Assembly: GCA_027053075.1 (NCBI GenBank)
Contig: JALUEE010000033.1
Coordinates: 107,559-171,558 of the forward strand
Length of the DNA stretch: 64,000 nt
Reading direction: 5' to 3'
DNA from: a candidate division WOR-3 bacterium
GTDB taxonomy: Bacteria; Hydrothermota; Hydrothermia; B15-G9; WFZT01
In this document: piece by piece, positions 50,619 to 60,500 of the stretch
How the letters are laid out: every line of letters begins with the position of its first letter
How positions within the stretch are numbered: position 1 is the stretch's first letter
Translations under genes and position numbers: made by a program
The notes under the pieces: model-generated
What the model was told of the DNA's origin: nothing
Seen by the model: only the letters and a program-made list of their open reading frames with translations
Database searches by the model: none

Positions 50619-51050
50619 TCCTCTCCCCGCATAAATTCTTGCGGGGAGGGGATAAAGGTGAGGGGGTCACATTTTAAAAATTCCTTTCAAGCAAAGATTA
50701 AGCTCCCTCTCCCGCTCCGCGGGAGAGGGTTGGGGTGAGGGCCTACAACTTAAATTTTTTCAAGCGGAAAGCCCTCTCCCTTGCCTATCCCCACAAGTTC
50801 CGCTTGTGGTAGAGTTTTTTTTGAACTTGCATTTGATGTAGAATATTTTTAAAAATTCCCCACTCACCCATGATTTATGCTTAAAAACGGCAAATTCTCT
50901 AATATTTTAAGCCACTTTTCTTTCCCCATTCTCTCCTAACCTCTCTTTCCCGAACGGAGGAGGGGAAATTCTTGGCTTTCACGCAAAGGTTACGTCCCTG
51001 CTGGTTTAAGCGAGAATAAAACTCTCTCCCTTCCCCGGGGAGGGGAAGTT
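50619..51050. repeat. Cluster of REP-like palindromes between convergent rsmA and carA
   Basis: CTCTCCCCGCATAAATTCTTGCGGGGAG; CCCTCTCCCGC-TCC-GCGGGAGAGGG; TTCAAGCGGAA; further degenerate copies. Confidence 0.75.
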
Positions 51051-51093
51051 CCATAACTCAAGATCTTACGAACTTGCACTTCTCTAAGTATGC

Positions 51094-52206
51094 TCAAAAA
51101 GTAGATTCGATCAGGTTGTAGAATTCTTGAAAGAGATATATAGAATCATGGGGACCGGGTGAATCTTCCGGGTGGTATTGAACAGTGAAGAATTTACGCT
51201 CTTTGTCTCTGATACCTTCAAGGGTGCCATCGTTTAGATTTATGTGGGTGATTTCAGCGAGTCCCTCCATGCTTTTTATTTCAATGGCAAAGCTATGATT
51301 CTGGGCAGTAATTTCCACATGCCCGGTCTCGAGGTTCTTAACAGGATGATTAGCCCCTCTATGACCAAATTTCATCTTATAGCTCTTACCCCCGAGAGCA
51401 AGAGACAAGATCTGATGACCGAGACAGATTCCGAAAATAGGCAGCTTCCCTATTAGATTGCGGACATTCTCAATAGCATATTTGAGGGGCTCCGGGTCTC
51501 CCGGACCGTTGGAAAGAAAGACTCCGTGTGGTTTCATGTTAAGCACATCCTGCCACGGAGTACTGGCAGGCACTACAAAGGTCTCGATTCCAAGAGAATT
51601 CATTATTCTCAGGATGTTTTTCTTCACACCAAAGTCATAGACAACCACCCGATATTTCCATCGTGTGGGCTTTTCGTAAGTTTTGCCGTTCCACATACCT
51701 TCCCGAAAAAGATAGGGCTCCTGGGTTGTAACCTGCTTCACGAGGTCCCTGCCCTTGATATCCGGAATTTCCCGCGCCACTTCCACTGCCTTTTCAGGAG
51801 AAATGTCTTTCGTGGTAATATAGACACGCATGCTTCCCTTCTCCCTGATGCGCTTTGTTATTGCTCTGGTGTCCACACCTTCAACTCCTGGAATTCCATA
51901 GGTGTTGAGAAAGCTGGAAAGGTCTCCCGTGGCCCGGTAGTTCGAATAATGCTTTGAGAGTTCTTTTACGATAAATCCTTCAATCCAGGGCCTTCTCGAT
52001 TCGAGGTCATCTTCATTTATCCCGTAGTTTCCAATCAAGGGGTATGTCATCAAGACCACCTGCCCTTTGTAAGAGGGGTCGGTGAGTATCTCCTGATAGC
52101 CACTCATTGAGGTATTAAAAACTATTTCCCCACGCGCATCGGTGTATGAGCCAAATGCACGTCCGATATAGTATGAGCCATCCTCAAATGCAACGATTGC
52201 TTTCAT
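51094..52206 (-). CDS. carA: Carbamoyl-phosphate synthase small subunit
   Basis: GEIVFNTSMSGYQE..TDPSY, LSNGPGDP, GICLGHQ, QYHPE. Confidence 0.97.
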   Translation of the reverse strand: MKAIVAFEDGSYYIGRAFGSYTDARGEIVFNTSMSGYQEILTDPSYKGQVVLMTYPLIGNYGINEDDLESRRPWIEGFIVKELSKHYSNYRATGDLSSFLNTYGIPGVEGVDTRAITKRIREKGSMRVYITTKDISPEKAVEVAREIPDIKGRDLVKQVTTQEPYLFREGMWNGKTYEKPTRWKYRVVVYDFGVKKNILRIMNSLGIETFVVPASTPWQDVLNMKPHGVFLSNGPGDPEPLKYAIENVRNLIGKLPIFGICLGHQILSLALGGKSYKMKFGHRGANHPVKNLETGHVEITAQNHSFAIEIKSMEGLAEITHINLNDGTLEGIRDKERKFFTVQYHPEDSPGPHDSIYLFQEFYNLIESTF

Positions 52207-52211
52207 TTTGT

Positions 52212-52252
52212 TAGGGGGTGACTCTCCCGCGAAGCGGGAGAGCCACCCCCTA
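52212..52252. repeat. 19-bp hairpin with GAA loop filling the TBDR-carA spacer
   Basis: TAGGGGGTGACTCTCCCGC-GAA-GCGGGAGAGCCACCCCCTA (18/19 paired). Confidence 0.75.
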
Positions 52253-52256
52253 TATT

Positions 52257-54092
52257 TTAATCCAAATTGACAGTTATATTGAACCTGTAATACCTGCCAG
52301 GCATTGGATATCCGGCTTCACTTTCGTAGTTGGCATCAAACAGATTATCAACATAGAAATCGAGTTTTGCCCTTCCAATAGACCTTGAGAAAGAAAGATT
52401 GAAAACGGTGTATGGTGGAAGGGATTTGAGGGAGTCCCGATCAATATAGTATCTTTTACCCACAAAATTCAGCTCACCATGGAGCTTTACGCCATAAACA
52501 AATGGAATACTCACCCCGAAATTCAGCTTATGCTCAGGTCTGTATTCTAATTCATCAAACTTCCTGTCATTGGAGAGATTCCTTGCGCGCATAAGAGTGT
52601 ATTCAAGATTGATGAATCCATTTTTCGCTGAGAGCTCAGCTCCACTATATCTCGCACGATTTATATTCTGCATCTGATACAGGCTATCCACTTTAACCCT
52701 GTCAATCATATCCTTCAGCTCAGAGTCGAAGAAATTGAGTTCAGTGGTAAAATTCGCGATTTTTTTAGAAAATCCCAGACTTAGATTTAGAGACCTCTCT
52801 GCATGAAGATCGGGATTTGGGTAGTATCTGCCCATTCTGCTTGAGTAGAGCTCTTTGAGTGTGGGGAATCGGGAGCGAATAGCTACTGAAAACTTCCATA
52901 TCACGCTCGAAAGCTCTCCTGTAACGCCAAAAGAAGGATTAATTGCGGTGAGGGTTCGACTTTCTTGTGCATAAGTTTTAAGAAAATTGAAGCTGGTTCC
53001 ATAGGCAAAAGTTACACCATGGAATGGGGTCTGGGCATTCAGGCCAAGAGAGCCGTTTAAACCTTTAACCTCATTCCACGGTTCATTGGAATCTCCACGC
53101 TCACGGTGCACGTCCTTTTTTAGTCCCGCAGCCATGGATAAATTCCTGGAATCGACATAAAAATTAGTTCCGATGGTGTAGTCATCGTAGGTGCTTGACC
53201 ATTTTAGCACGGTGAAATCCGGGTCTCTATAGGCTTTGAGTACATTGTAAAAGCCGTCGTAATAAAGGTTTGACCGGACCATTAGCCTTTCTCCAATGTA
53301 TTCATGGGAGAATTTCAGAAGTTTTTCCTGCCATATGGGAAACTTCCAGTATCTTGGACGGCCGAAGGTCCTCGTCGGTACACCTCTTGAGTTGTTGATA
53401 AACCCCGCATTCACATAAAAATTGCCAAGCCTGCCTGAGTTATAGCCAATCTTTAGCCGAAGGTGGCCCTTTTTGTACCATGAGTTATCCCTTACACCAC
53501 CATCTTCATTCTCAGCTGGTGAAAATTTGCTTGAAAGGTAGAATCCATCAGACCTTGCGTATCCTGCAGATAGCAGTACTCCGATTTTGCTACCAACAAA
53601 AGAATATGTCAGGCTGGCAAATTTATCTAAATTTCTCCCAACACCAAAGCTCACGGTCTTTACTCCGCTGAATGGGGATAGTGTGACAAAATTAACGGCT
53701 CCTCCCATGGCATTTGGTCCGAAAAGGTCAGCTCCAACACCTTTGTATATCTTTATTGCAGATAGATCCGAGACTGGCAACTGCGAGATATCAAATGTCC
53801 CATCGTAGGGGAAGCTCACGGGGATACCGTCAACAAGGATGGAAATCTCACGTGTATCAAAACCATGAATTATGAGATCAGCACCCATTTTCCCACTGTA
53901 AGAGACATAAAGCCCCGCAAGATTTTTCAGGATTTCATCGGGAGATTTGGCATGTTTGAGCGTTGTATCCGTTATCACCTTCACACCCGAGAGAGCTGCA
54001 ATGGGCTCTCGTTTTGCCCTTACAATTACCTCATCAACTGTTGGTATGGTATCAGGTTTCAGTAAAGATAGCACTATCATTAATGCAATCAT
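52257..54092 (-). CDS. TonB-dependent receptor
   Basis: DEVIVRA TonB-box-like, ILVDGIP, IYKG..FGPNAMGGAVNFVT plug, NPDLHAERS, VDNLFDANY..GYPMPGR. Confidence 0.92.
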   Translation of the reverse strand: MIALMIVLSLLKPDTIPTVDEVIVRAKREPIAALSGVKVITDTTLKHAKSPDEILKNLAGLYVSYSGKMGADLIIHGFDTREISILVDGIPVSFPYDGTFDISQLPVSDLSAIKIYKGVGADLFGPNAMGGAVNFVTLSPFSGVKTVSFGVGRNLDKFASLTYSFVGSKIGVLLSAGYARSDGFYLSSKFSPAENEDGGVRDNSWYKKGHLRLKIGYNSGRLGNFYVNAGFINNSRGVPTRTFGRPRYWKFPIWQEKLLKFSHEYIGERLMVRSNLYYDGFYNVLKAYRDPDFTVLKWSSTYDDYTIGTNFYVDSRNLSMAAGLKKDVHRERGDSNEPWNEVKGLNGSLGLNAQTPFHGVTFAYGTSFNFLKTYAQESRTLTAINPSFGVTGELSSVIWKFSVAIRSRFPTLKELYSSRMGRYYPNPDLHAERSLNLSLGFSKKIANFTTELNFFDSELKDMIDRVKVDSLYQMQNINRARYSGAELSAKNGFINLEYTLMRARNLSNDRKFDELEYRPEHKLNFGVSIPFVYGVKLHGELNFVGKRYYIDRDSLKSLPPYTVFNLSFSRSIGRAKLDFYVDNLFDANYESEAGYPMPGRYYRFNITVNLD

Positions 54093-54610
54093 GATGACCT
54101 CCTTCCCATCATCTTTACCACCTCGCTTATCATTTCATGCTCCCTCCCGGTTCCTACCTCGATGATTCTGTACGGTTTTTCATCTCTGATCAGGCGGATG
54201 AAGTCCGAAAGCAAACTTCTTCTCACCACAACTACCACCATCTCCCCATTTTTTAAAAATTCATCAAATATACTCCTTAGTCCTTTGCCCCTTAGCTCAA
54301 GTGGCCCGAACTCATCAAAAACAAAAAGATCGGGATTCTCCCGCTCCCCGGAAAGCATCCTCATGACCTCACGCTTCCCCTTCTCCAGCATGACAAACCT
54401 GCCCACCTTCTCCCCCATGCCTTTTCTTGAAACAATCCTGACCTTTCTCCCCAGCGGCAGAACAATTGCATCGTACCCAACCACATTACCATCCCTTTCT
54501 TCCGAAGGGGCTACTATACCTTTGACCCCATTACTGCCCAGCTTATCAACAAGCTGCCGCAGAAGAGTCGTCTTCCCGCTTCTTTTATCACCCGTTATGA
54601 TCCAGATCAT
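54089..54610 (-). CDS. Nucleoside-triphosphatase THEP1/NTPase_1-like P-loop protein
   Basis: ITGDKRSGKTT, VGRF, VFDEFGPLELRGKG, VVVVRR. Confidence 0.8.
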   Translation of the reverse strand: MIWIITGDKRSGKTTLLRQLVDKLGSNGVKGIVAPSEERDGNVVGYDAIVLPLGRKVRIVSRKGMGEKVGRFVMLEKGKREVMRMLSGERENPDLFVFDEFGPLELRGKGLRSIFDEFLKNGEMVVVVVRRSLLSDFIRLIRDEKPYRIIEVGTGREHEMISEVVKMMGRRSS

Positions 54611-55190
54611 TTTCTATACCCTCCAGAGCAAGAGCGATGCTCAGATTCTCCGCCATCAGTATGACATTTCTCAAAACTGTGATGGCAAAGAGTTTCCACC
54701 TTAAAAAGGAGAATTCCAGACCACCCTTTAGACGCATCGCCATATAGGTGGTTTTTATACTCTCCTCCATGGACGGAATCAGGTTGAAAGCTATAGATAG
54801 ATAAAGACCGATACCTTTTAGCCCAAGGTGCTTGAAAAATCTTGCAATATCTTGCGGAGATAGTGTGTGCGAAAGTACAGCAATCCAGATAAATACAACA
54901 CTTCCAATAACAGCCATCCTTATACTGACAAAGAGATAAGCTTTTGATAGGAGTCGAATCCCAAAGATATAAACGTCCTTACCCGGCATTACGAGGGGAT
55001 AAGAAATCACAATAATGGCGACGAAAATCCAGAAATGCTTCTTTTTCAGAACGCGCAAACTTCCTTTATCCAGAATGTATGCAAGCAAAAGATAGAGCAC
55101 AGAAATCAGGTAGAAAATAGCGCCATGTATAAAGTACTGAAGCACAAAAACAGAGAAAAACAGTATTGTAACAAGGCCTTTTTTACTCAT
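54588..55190 (-). CDS. ECF transporter T-component-like membrane protein
   Basis: Hydrophobic; LSIAFNLIP, AMRLKG and ALALEG resembling the two EcfT coupling-helix motifs. Confidence 0.7.
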   Translation of the reverse strand: MSKKGLVTILFFSVFVLQYFIHGAIFYLISVLYLLLAYILDKGSLRVLKKKHFWIFVAIIVISYPLVMPGKDVYIFGIRLLSKAYLFVSIRMAVIGSVVFIWIAVLSHTLSPQDIARFFKHLGLKGIGLYLSIAFNLIPSMEESIKTTYMAMRLKGGLEFSFLRWKLFAITVLRNVILMAENLSIALALEGIENDLDHNG

Positions 55191-55759
55191 CTAACCTCCC
55201 TTTTTAAGGTCCTTCCGATAAAATAAGCAGCCAGTCCAACGAGGCTGCCCAAGATGAATAAAAACAGGAGATAGGCGACAAAGAGAAGGATTGCTCTGGA
55301 CTCAGGAATGTGTAACAACCGCGAGGCTTGCTTTAATAGCTGAAGGTAAAACTCGTAAATTCTACTTGAAAAAATCAGTCCCTGTATAAGAAGTCTGTGC
55401 AGAGGTGACCACATAACCGCAGTCCCACCTGCAAATATATATCCGGGTAATGAACTTCTCGTAAGGGTAAGGAAAATCTCGGCAAGGCTGGACTCAATGA
55501 GTATGGCAAGAAAAGGAGATAGAACAATCCCGCCAAAGGAGAAAATCTTCAGCGTAGCAGCAATAGCACCTATAGTAAAGCTACTACCCGCCTCTGGCAC
55601 AAAGGTTCTACCAACAAGCAGGATGAAAATCCCTACACTGCTCATAATGACACCTTTAACAGGTAGGTTGAGGGCATGAACGACTGAGCCAGCTGACATT
55701 TCCCAGAGTCCCCACAATGCACCAAATACAGCGATGTAGGCTACTTTCCTGTAATTCAT
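55187..55759 (-). CDS. ECF substrate-specific (S) component-like membrane protein
   Basis: 190 aa, about 6 TM; IAVFGALWG N-terminus, AILIESSLAE; lies between ATPase and T-like gene. Confidence 0.65.
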   Translation of the reverse strand: MNYRKVAYIAVFGALWGLWEMSAGSVVHALNLPVKGVIMSSVGIFILLVGRTFVPEAGSSFTIGAIAATLKIFSFGGIVLSPFLAILIESSLAEIFLTLTRSSLPGYIFAGGTAVMWSPLHRLLIQGLIFSSRIYEFYLQLLKQASRLLHIPESRAILLFVAYLLFLFILGSLVGLAAYFIGRTLKREVR

Positions 55760-57033
55760 ATAAGCTTTCCTCCTTTGAACATCATTCTCCTGTCAGAAAC
55801 ACTGTCCAGAAATTCAAGATCGTGTGAGAGGATAAGAATGGCCTTTCCACTCTTTTTCAAGTGTTCAAGAAATCCAACAAAATGCTCAAGGCTTAAATAA
55901 TCAAGTCCACCTGTTGGCTCATCAAAAATTATCACGTCGTGGAAGGAACCTGCAGCAATGGCAAGCCTCATAAGCTCTCCCCGCGAGAGTCTCAGAATTT
56001 TTGCCCCCTCATCGAAATTTAGTCCAAGAATTTTCAGATTATCCCGAAGTGCCGGATTTATTTCGAGCTCATCCTTGATTCTGAATCCAAAAATCTGCGC
56101 ATAGGGATTCTGAAAGACCATTCCCACATGTTTGCCCGCAAGTGGCTTTTTTACCTCTTTATTCCTGAAGAAAATTTTCCCCTTCTGGGGCTTCAAAAAG
56201 CCTGCTATAAGTGTCGCAAGGGTGGTTTTTCCAGCGCCATTTGCGCCACTAATTCCGGTGATGTGACCGGGGTAAAGATTGAGATTTACCCCCTCAAGAA
56301 CCTTTCTTTTTCCATAGGAGAAATGGATATCAATGAGGGAGAGAATGGGGGGAACTCCATCAGGAGAAGTCTTTGGGAGCTGAAAATCGTACGGAGATAC
56401 GAGTACACCGTATTCTTTAAAATCACCTTCTGGCCTTACAAATCTCCTTTCGTGAATCACGTACTTCACAGAATCTGGAAAGCGAAATGCGTGGGAAGAG
56501 ATAACAACCAATCCATCAATTTCTCGAATTATTTCCATAAGTTCTTTTCTTCCCCAGGGGTCAAGGCTCGAGAATGGCTCATCAAACAGGATAATATCCT
56601 TCTTACGCTGTAAATTTTTAAGGATCAGGACTCTCTGCTTTTCCCCAGCGGATAACTCCCTGATTCTTCGTCCCCTTAGCCGGGTGACGTTTAGCTTTTG
56701 GGCAAGGGGATCATTTAGATTTACTTCTTCCTCTACCAGATTTCTGAATAACTGAAATTCAAAATTCTGAAGAATCGTTGATACCTGGCGCGAGGTCTCT
56801 CTCATAGGTACATTCCATGGGTCTATTCCATTAACCTCAACATAGCCCTCCCTTTCGCCTGAATAAACGTGGGGAATGATTCCATTGAGAAGATGGATGA
56901 AGGTGGTCTTTCCACTGCCAGAAACACCGGCAATCTCAAAAATTCCGGGACCTTGCCAGGTTAGGGTTACATCCTTGAGAAGGGGAGCTTCTTTATCCTT
57001 GTATCTGAAAGTTAGGTTTGAAGTTTTTATCAT
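55756..57033 (-). CDS. ABC ATPase with two NBDs (fused EcfA-EcfA'-like)
   Basis: GVSGSGKT..GIIPH..LQNFEFQLF..LSAGEKQR..DEP; GANGAGKT..VFQNPYAQ..LSRGE..DEPTGGLD; ATG 57033 is 5 nt after GGAG. Confidence 0.9.
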   Translation of the reverse strand: MIKTSNLTFRYKDKEAPLLKDVTLTWQGPGIFEIAGVSGSGKTTFIHLLNGIIPHVYSGEREGYVEVNGIDPWNVPMRETSRQVSTILQNFEFQLFRNLVEEEVNLNDPLAQKLNVTRLRGRRIRELSAGEKQRVLILKNLQRKKDIILFDEPFSSLDPWGRKELMEIIREIDGLVVISSHAFRFPDSVKYVIHERRFVRPEGDFKEYGVLVSPYDFQLPKTSPDGVPPILSLIDIHFSYGKRKVLEGVNLNLYPGHITGISGANGAGKTTLATLIAGFLKPQKGKIFFRNKEVKKPLAGKHVGMVFQNPYAQIFGFRIKDELEINPALRDNLKILGLNFDEGAKILRLSRGELMRLAIAAGSFHDVIIFDEPTGGLDYLSLEHFVGFLEHLKKSGKAILILSHDLEFLDSVSDRRMMFKGGKLI

Positions 57034-57037
57034 AGAC

Positions 57038-57130
57038 ACTCCTTTCCAAGCACGGGAGGCAAAGCCGTTTCCAACTCTACCCTATCGGCCTACCACCATA
57101 GCTTCCGCCTTAGGTAAGCAGGCTCGGAGC
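57038..57130 (-). ncRNA. Moco (molybdenum cofactor) RNA motif riboswitch, P3-less variant
   Basis: GCTCCGAGCCTGCTTACCTAAGGCGGAAGCTATGGTGGTAGGCCGATAGGGTAGAGTTGGAAACGGCTTTGCCTCCCGTGCTTGGAAAGGAGT: CCUAAG/UAUGG tetraloop receptor, GAAA-capped P4, GCCTCCCGT..TGGAAAGG 3' end, SD inside P1. Confidence 0.9.
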
Positions 57131-57140
57131 TTTTCCTACA

Positions 57141-57168
57141 TTTTTAAGTAAACCCCGCACGATGTCAA
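57141..57168 (-). promoter_or_regulatory. Probable promoter of riboswitch operon
   Basis: Perfect TTGACA followed 16 nt later by TAAAAAT, about 10 nt upstream of the riboswitch. Confidence 0.5.
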
Positions 57169-57188
57169 TGATACTTTTTGGGTGGGAG

Positions 57189-57219
57189 GGGGCCCCGCGC
57201 ACTTCGTGCGCGGGGCCCC
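57189..57219. repeat. 14-bp GC-rich hairpin with TTC/GAA loop
   Basis: GGGGCCCCGCGCAC-TTC-GTGCGCGGGGCCCC. Confidence 0.75.
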
Positions 57220-57295
57220 TCAATTTGAAATCCTCCAGACGCCCTGAACATCCTCGAGAATTGCAACCACCGGCAAAATTCCAAGACACAACCGT

Positions 57296-57419
57296 GAGCT
57301 CGTTCGAAAATTCGCCCTACTATCCTCTCCCTATGCACTTTGTGCGTGGGGAGAGGAACAAGGTGGGAGGCAAATTTTTCATTAAAAATTAAAGGCTTTG
57401 AATTTTTTCTAACACGCTC
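57296..57419. mobile_element. Short degenerate copy of the GTTCGAAAA-ended MITE family
   Basis: GAGCTCGTTCGAAAATT...AATTTTTTCTAACACGCTC with internal CCTCTCCC..GGGAGAGG hairpin; no TSD. Confidence 0.4.
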
Positions 57420-57552
57420 ATGGGGATTTTCTTGCCGGTTTAACATGACACAGGGGGCAAAAAGGATTTCAGGTATGCTTCCTTGAACGCAGAGGGTGAA
57501 TTTTTGGAGGTAACTGTTAAACAGAAAGAGAGGTAAGTTGAGGATCGATATT

Positions 57553-57589
57553 AAGGTGAGGGCGGGGCCTTCGGCCCCGCCCTCACCTT
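57553..57589 (-). terminator. Perfect 17-bp hairpin just downstream of the large secreted-protein gene
   Basis: AAGGTGAGGGCGGGGCC-TTC-GGCCCCGCCCTCACCTT; weak U-tract. Confidence 0.6.
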
Positions 57590-57598
57590 CTAAAATTC

Positions 57599-60500
57599 CT
57601 ACCTCAATACCATCATCTTCTTCATCGCTTTCCCATGCTCACCTCTCACCACCACAAAGTACATTCCGCTCTCTAATCCCTCTACTCTCACTCGATAGTA
57701 TCCCTTCCTCACCATTCCGTTGAACAATTCCTTCACTCTCCGACCCTCGATATTGTACAAGTCCACTCTCACCTTCCCATCTTCCGGTATCCCAAGCACT
57801 ATTTCTCCCCTCCCCCTCATTGGATTCGGACTTATGGACATCACCCTGTACGTCTCAGGGATTAGCATTACCTCCTCTTCACTCATCGGTCCACTGCCAG
57901 CTATTGGCTTCCCAAATACATATATCTCATTTAACACCGCCACTGGCCCACTCTCCTTCTCCACCTCAAGCACCACCGTTGAATCCTCCACATACATCTC
58001 CTCCGGCACCTCCAGCTCTATATATGTCTCTTTCCCCTTCTGGATCAGCTCACTCTTTACCGGTTTACCATCTAAGTAAAATTGCTCCGTTATATCATCC
58101 TCTTCCTCATGATATATGTACAGTCCAAGTCTGTAATATTCGTTAGGTTTGAGGTCCGTGATTCTATAGCTCAATCTATCTCCCACATCCGCTGATTTTC
58201 CTTTCTCATCACTGTACTCTTCAAATCCACTTCTCTCTATCGTCTTCGGTGTAGGTATCGTATCACCAAGTGTTATCACCTGCTCAGGTATCGGCCCCGT
58301 CGAATAGACGTTCACTCCAAGCATATTACTTGAACCATCCTTTATCATCAATGCACTTAAATATACGGATGTTTGATAATATTCACCTCCCACGGTATAA
58401 AACGTTAATGCTGTATTGCTTATATCCCCTGTACCCGCAGTCATCAGCTCTGCTGGCTCATCCTCCAGTGCAAGTGACATCTTCTCCAATTTGTTACCAT
58501 CACTCCAGAATATTGCCTTACCTCCATAGTTCGGATTATCTCCACTGGACAGCTCTATGGCTTTACTTATAAACCCCGGGTCTCCTGCGTAAAGGAATCT
58601 GTAATAAACCGTCCCTGCCTCGGACCACGTTAGATACACTGTTTCATCATCCACTTTTATATTCAGATTGCCGTAAGGCCCATTGCCAATATTTACAGTT
58701 CGTAACTCCCATGCGCCTGAATCATCCCTGTATAGCTTTACTCCTCCACCAGGCTCCACTGCAAGTACGTATCTGTATCCATTGAAAGAACCAATAGATA
58801 CTCTCCTGCCCTGTGATCTGTAAGGATTTACGCCAGTAGGAAGTCCATCCTCTGTGTGGTCGATTGTCTCATCTCTTATTAAACTGAAATCGCTTGAAAC
58901 AACTGCCGTCTTCAAACTCCAGCTTCGTGGGGTGAATAGGGTGTCATCCGTCATCTGACCAGCCATTTCCTCATAGACTATATAGTAATTACCATCACTG
59001 TATGAAACTCCATATCCTGGTGAGAATTGCCCCATTTCCATCACAAAATGTTCGTTTTCAAAACCGTCACTATCGGTTCTTGCAAACAAACTGTCGTTCC
59101 TGACGTAAAATACCGTAAATGAGCTATCGGTGTGTACTGCTACAGGGTTGTAACCTTTACAAATAATATTTTCTCGACTCCACCCGGTAACAGTATTATC
59201 AGACTGGACATAATTGACATATCCATATCTTGAGAAGAAGATATAATTTGAGTCACCGTGGTGAATTGATGAAAGATCGCCTTTCATAATGTCAGGTCTA
59301 ATTACAATCTCGTCTTTAACTTTAAATGATCTTTCTTTAAAGAACATCGTATCTGTATCAGTGCAACAAGGTTCTATGTGATAAATAATTAGATATTTTT
59401 GATAAATTCCAGCTCTACCTCGATACCTATTCGAAAATGCAATCCTTCCATAATAAAGTACTGGAGATTCATGTTTTATTTCTATATTTCGCAAAGACCA
59501 CTGAGTATTTCCAGACGGTCTTGTAAAGGCTATGTATTTTGAAACGAATCCAGTATCTTTCACTGTAGCCCCAATAACTTCGTCACCGTAGGAATTTTGC
59601 GAGTAGTTAAGAGAAAATACATTTTCACCTGTAATATCCTGTGTTATCACCTCTGTCCTATCTACCCATATCATATCTGCTACACCATCAATCACCGCCT
59701 CTTTTATACCTTCTTCAGAGGCCCAAACAACCCTGTTATTGTAAGAATCAACATAACCTCTCCATGCCGGGGTTGTGTCCAAAATCACATAACTGTATCC
59801 ATCATCCCCGTATAAAGCTATAATTTCATTTTCACTGTGAGTATTACGACCATTTAGGACAACTCCCCATGGGAACTCCGCCACATCTACTCCATCTACC
59901 TTTAGTGGGCTCAAGCTCACAACAAAATAAGTGTTAAATAAATTATGGGCGTCAACGTAACCTAATATCGATACAGTGTTTGATAAAGTGTATTCAGCCC
60001 AGTATATTCTGTTCGCCACACTGAAATTTATACCAACATTATTGCTCTCTCTGTTCCAGATTAATGTTGGGTGCTTTGCCTCACCGTCACCTGAAAATAC
60101 TTCTATTACACCATGTAATCCGACACCACTGTAAGTTATGAAATCAACATGAGCCCTATTATCCAGTTGATAAGTTGCTAAACCTGCGAATTTTACACCA
60201 TTCTGTAAGTCAACTGGGATTATGTCAAAATTAAACAACGAGATCGAAGACCCCGTTGTTAACCGATAGACCGTATCCTCTGTAGTCCAATTGATGCCAT
60301 CTAAAGAAGTTTTTAATAATATTACCACTCCTTGCAATTTGCCATCATTCCCCACAACAGGTTGACTTACTGCAATATATTCCTTGTTGTCTTTATGCAT
60401 AACTTTTGAAGAAACGGAAGATAAACTTGGATTAATCGGTACTAAAAATGTTGGGGTATTGTACACTCTCTCAGTAACCCATTCTGAAGCAACGCCATCA

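Noticed and set aside
57038..57130. Cobalamin riboswitch (expected before ECF + TBDR genes)
   Set aside because: No B12-box or GGGAA/GCCACTG cores; the sequence matches Moco-motif hallmarks instead.
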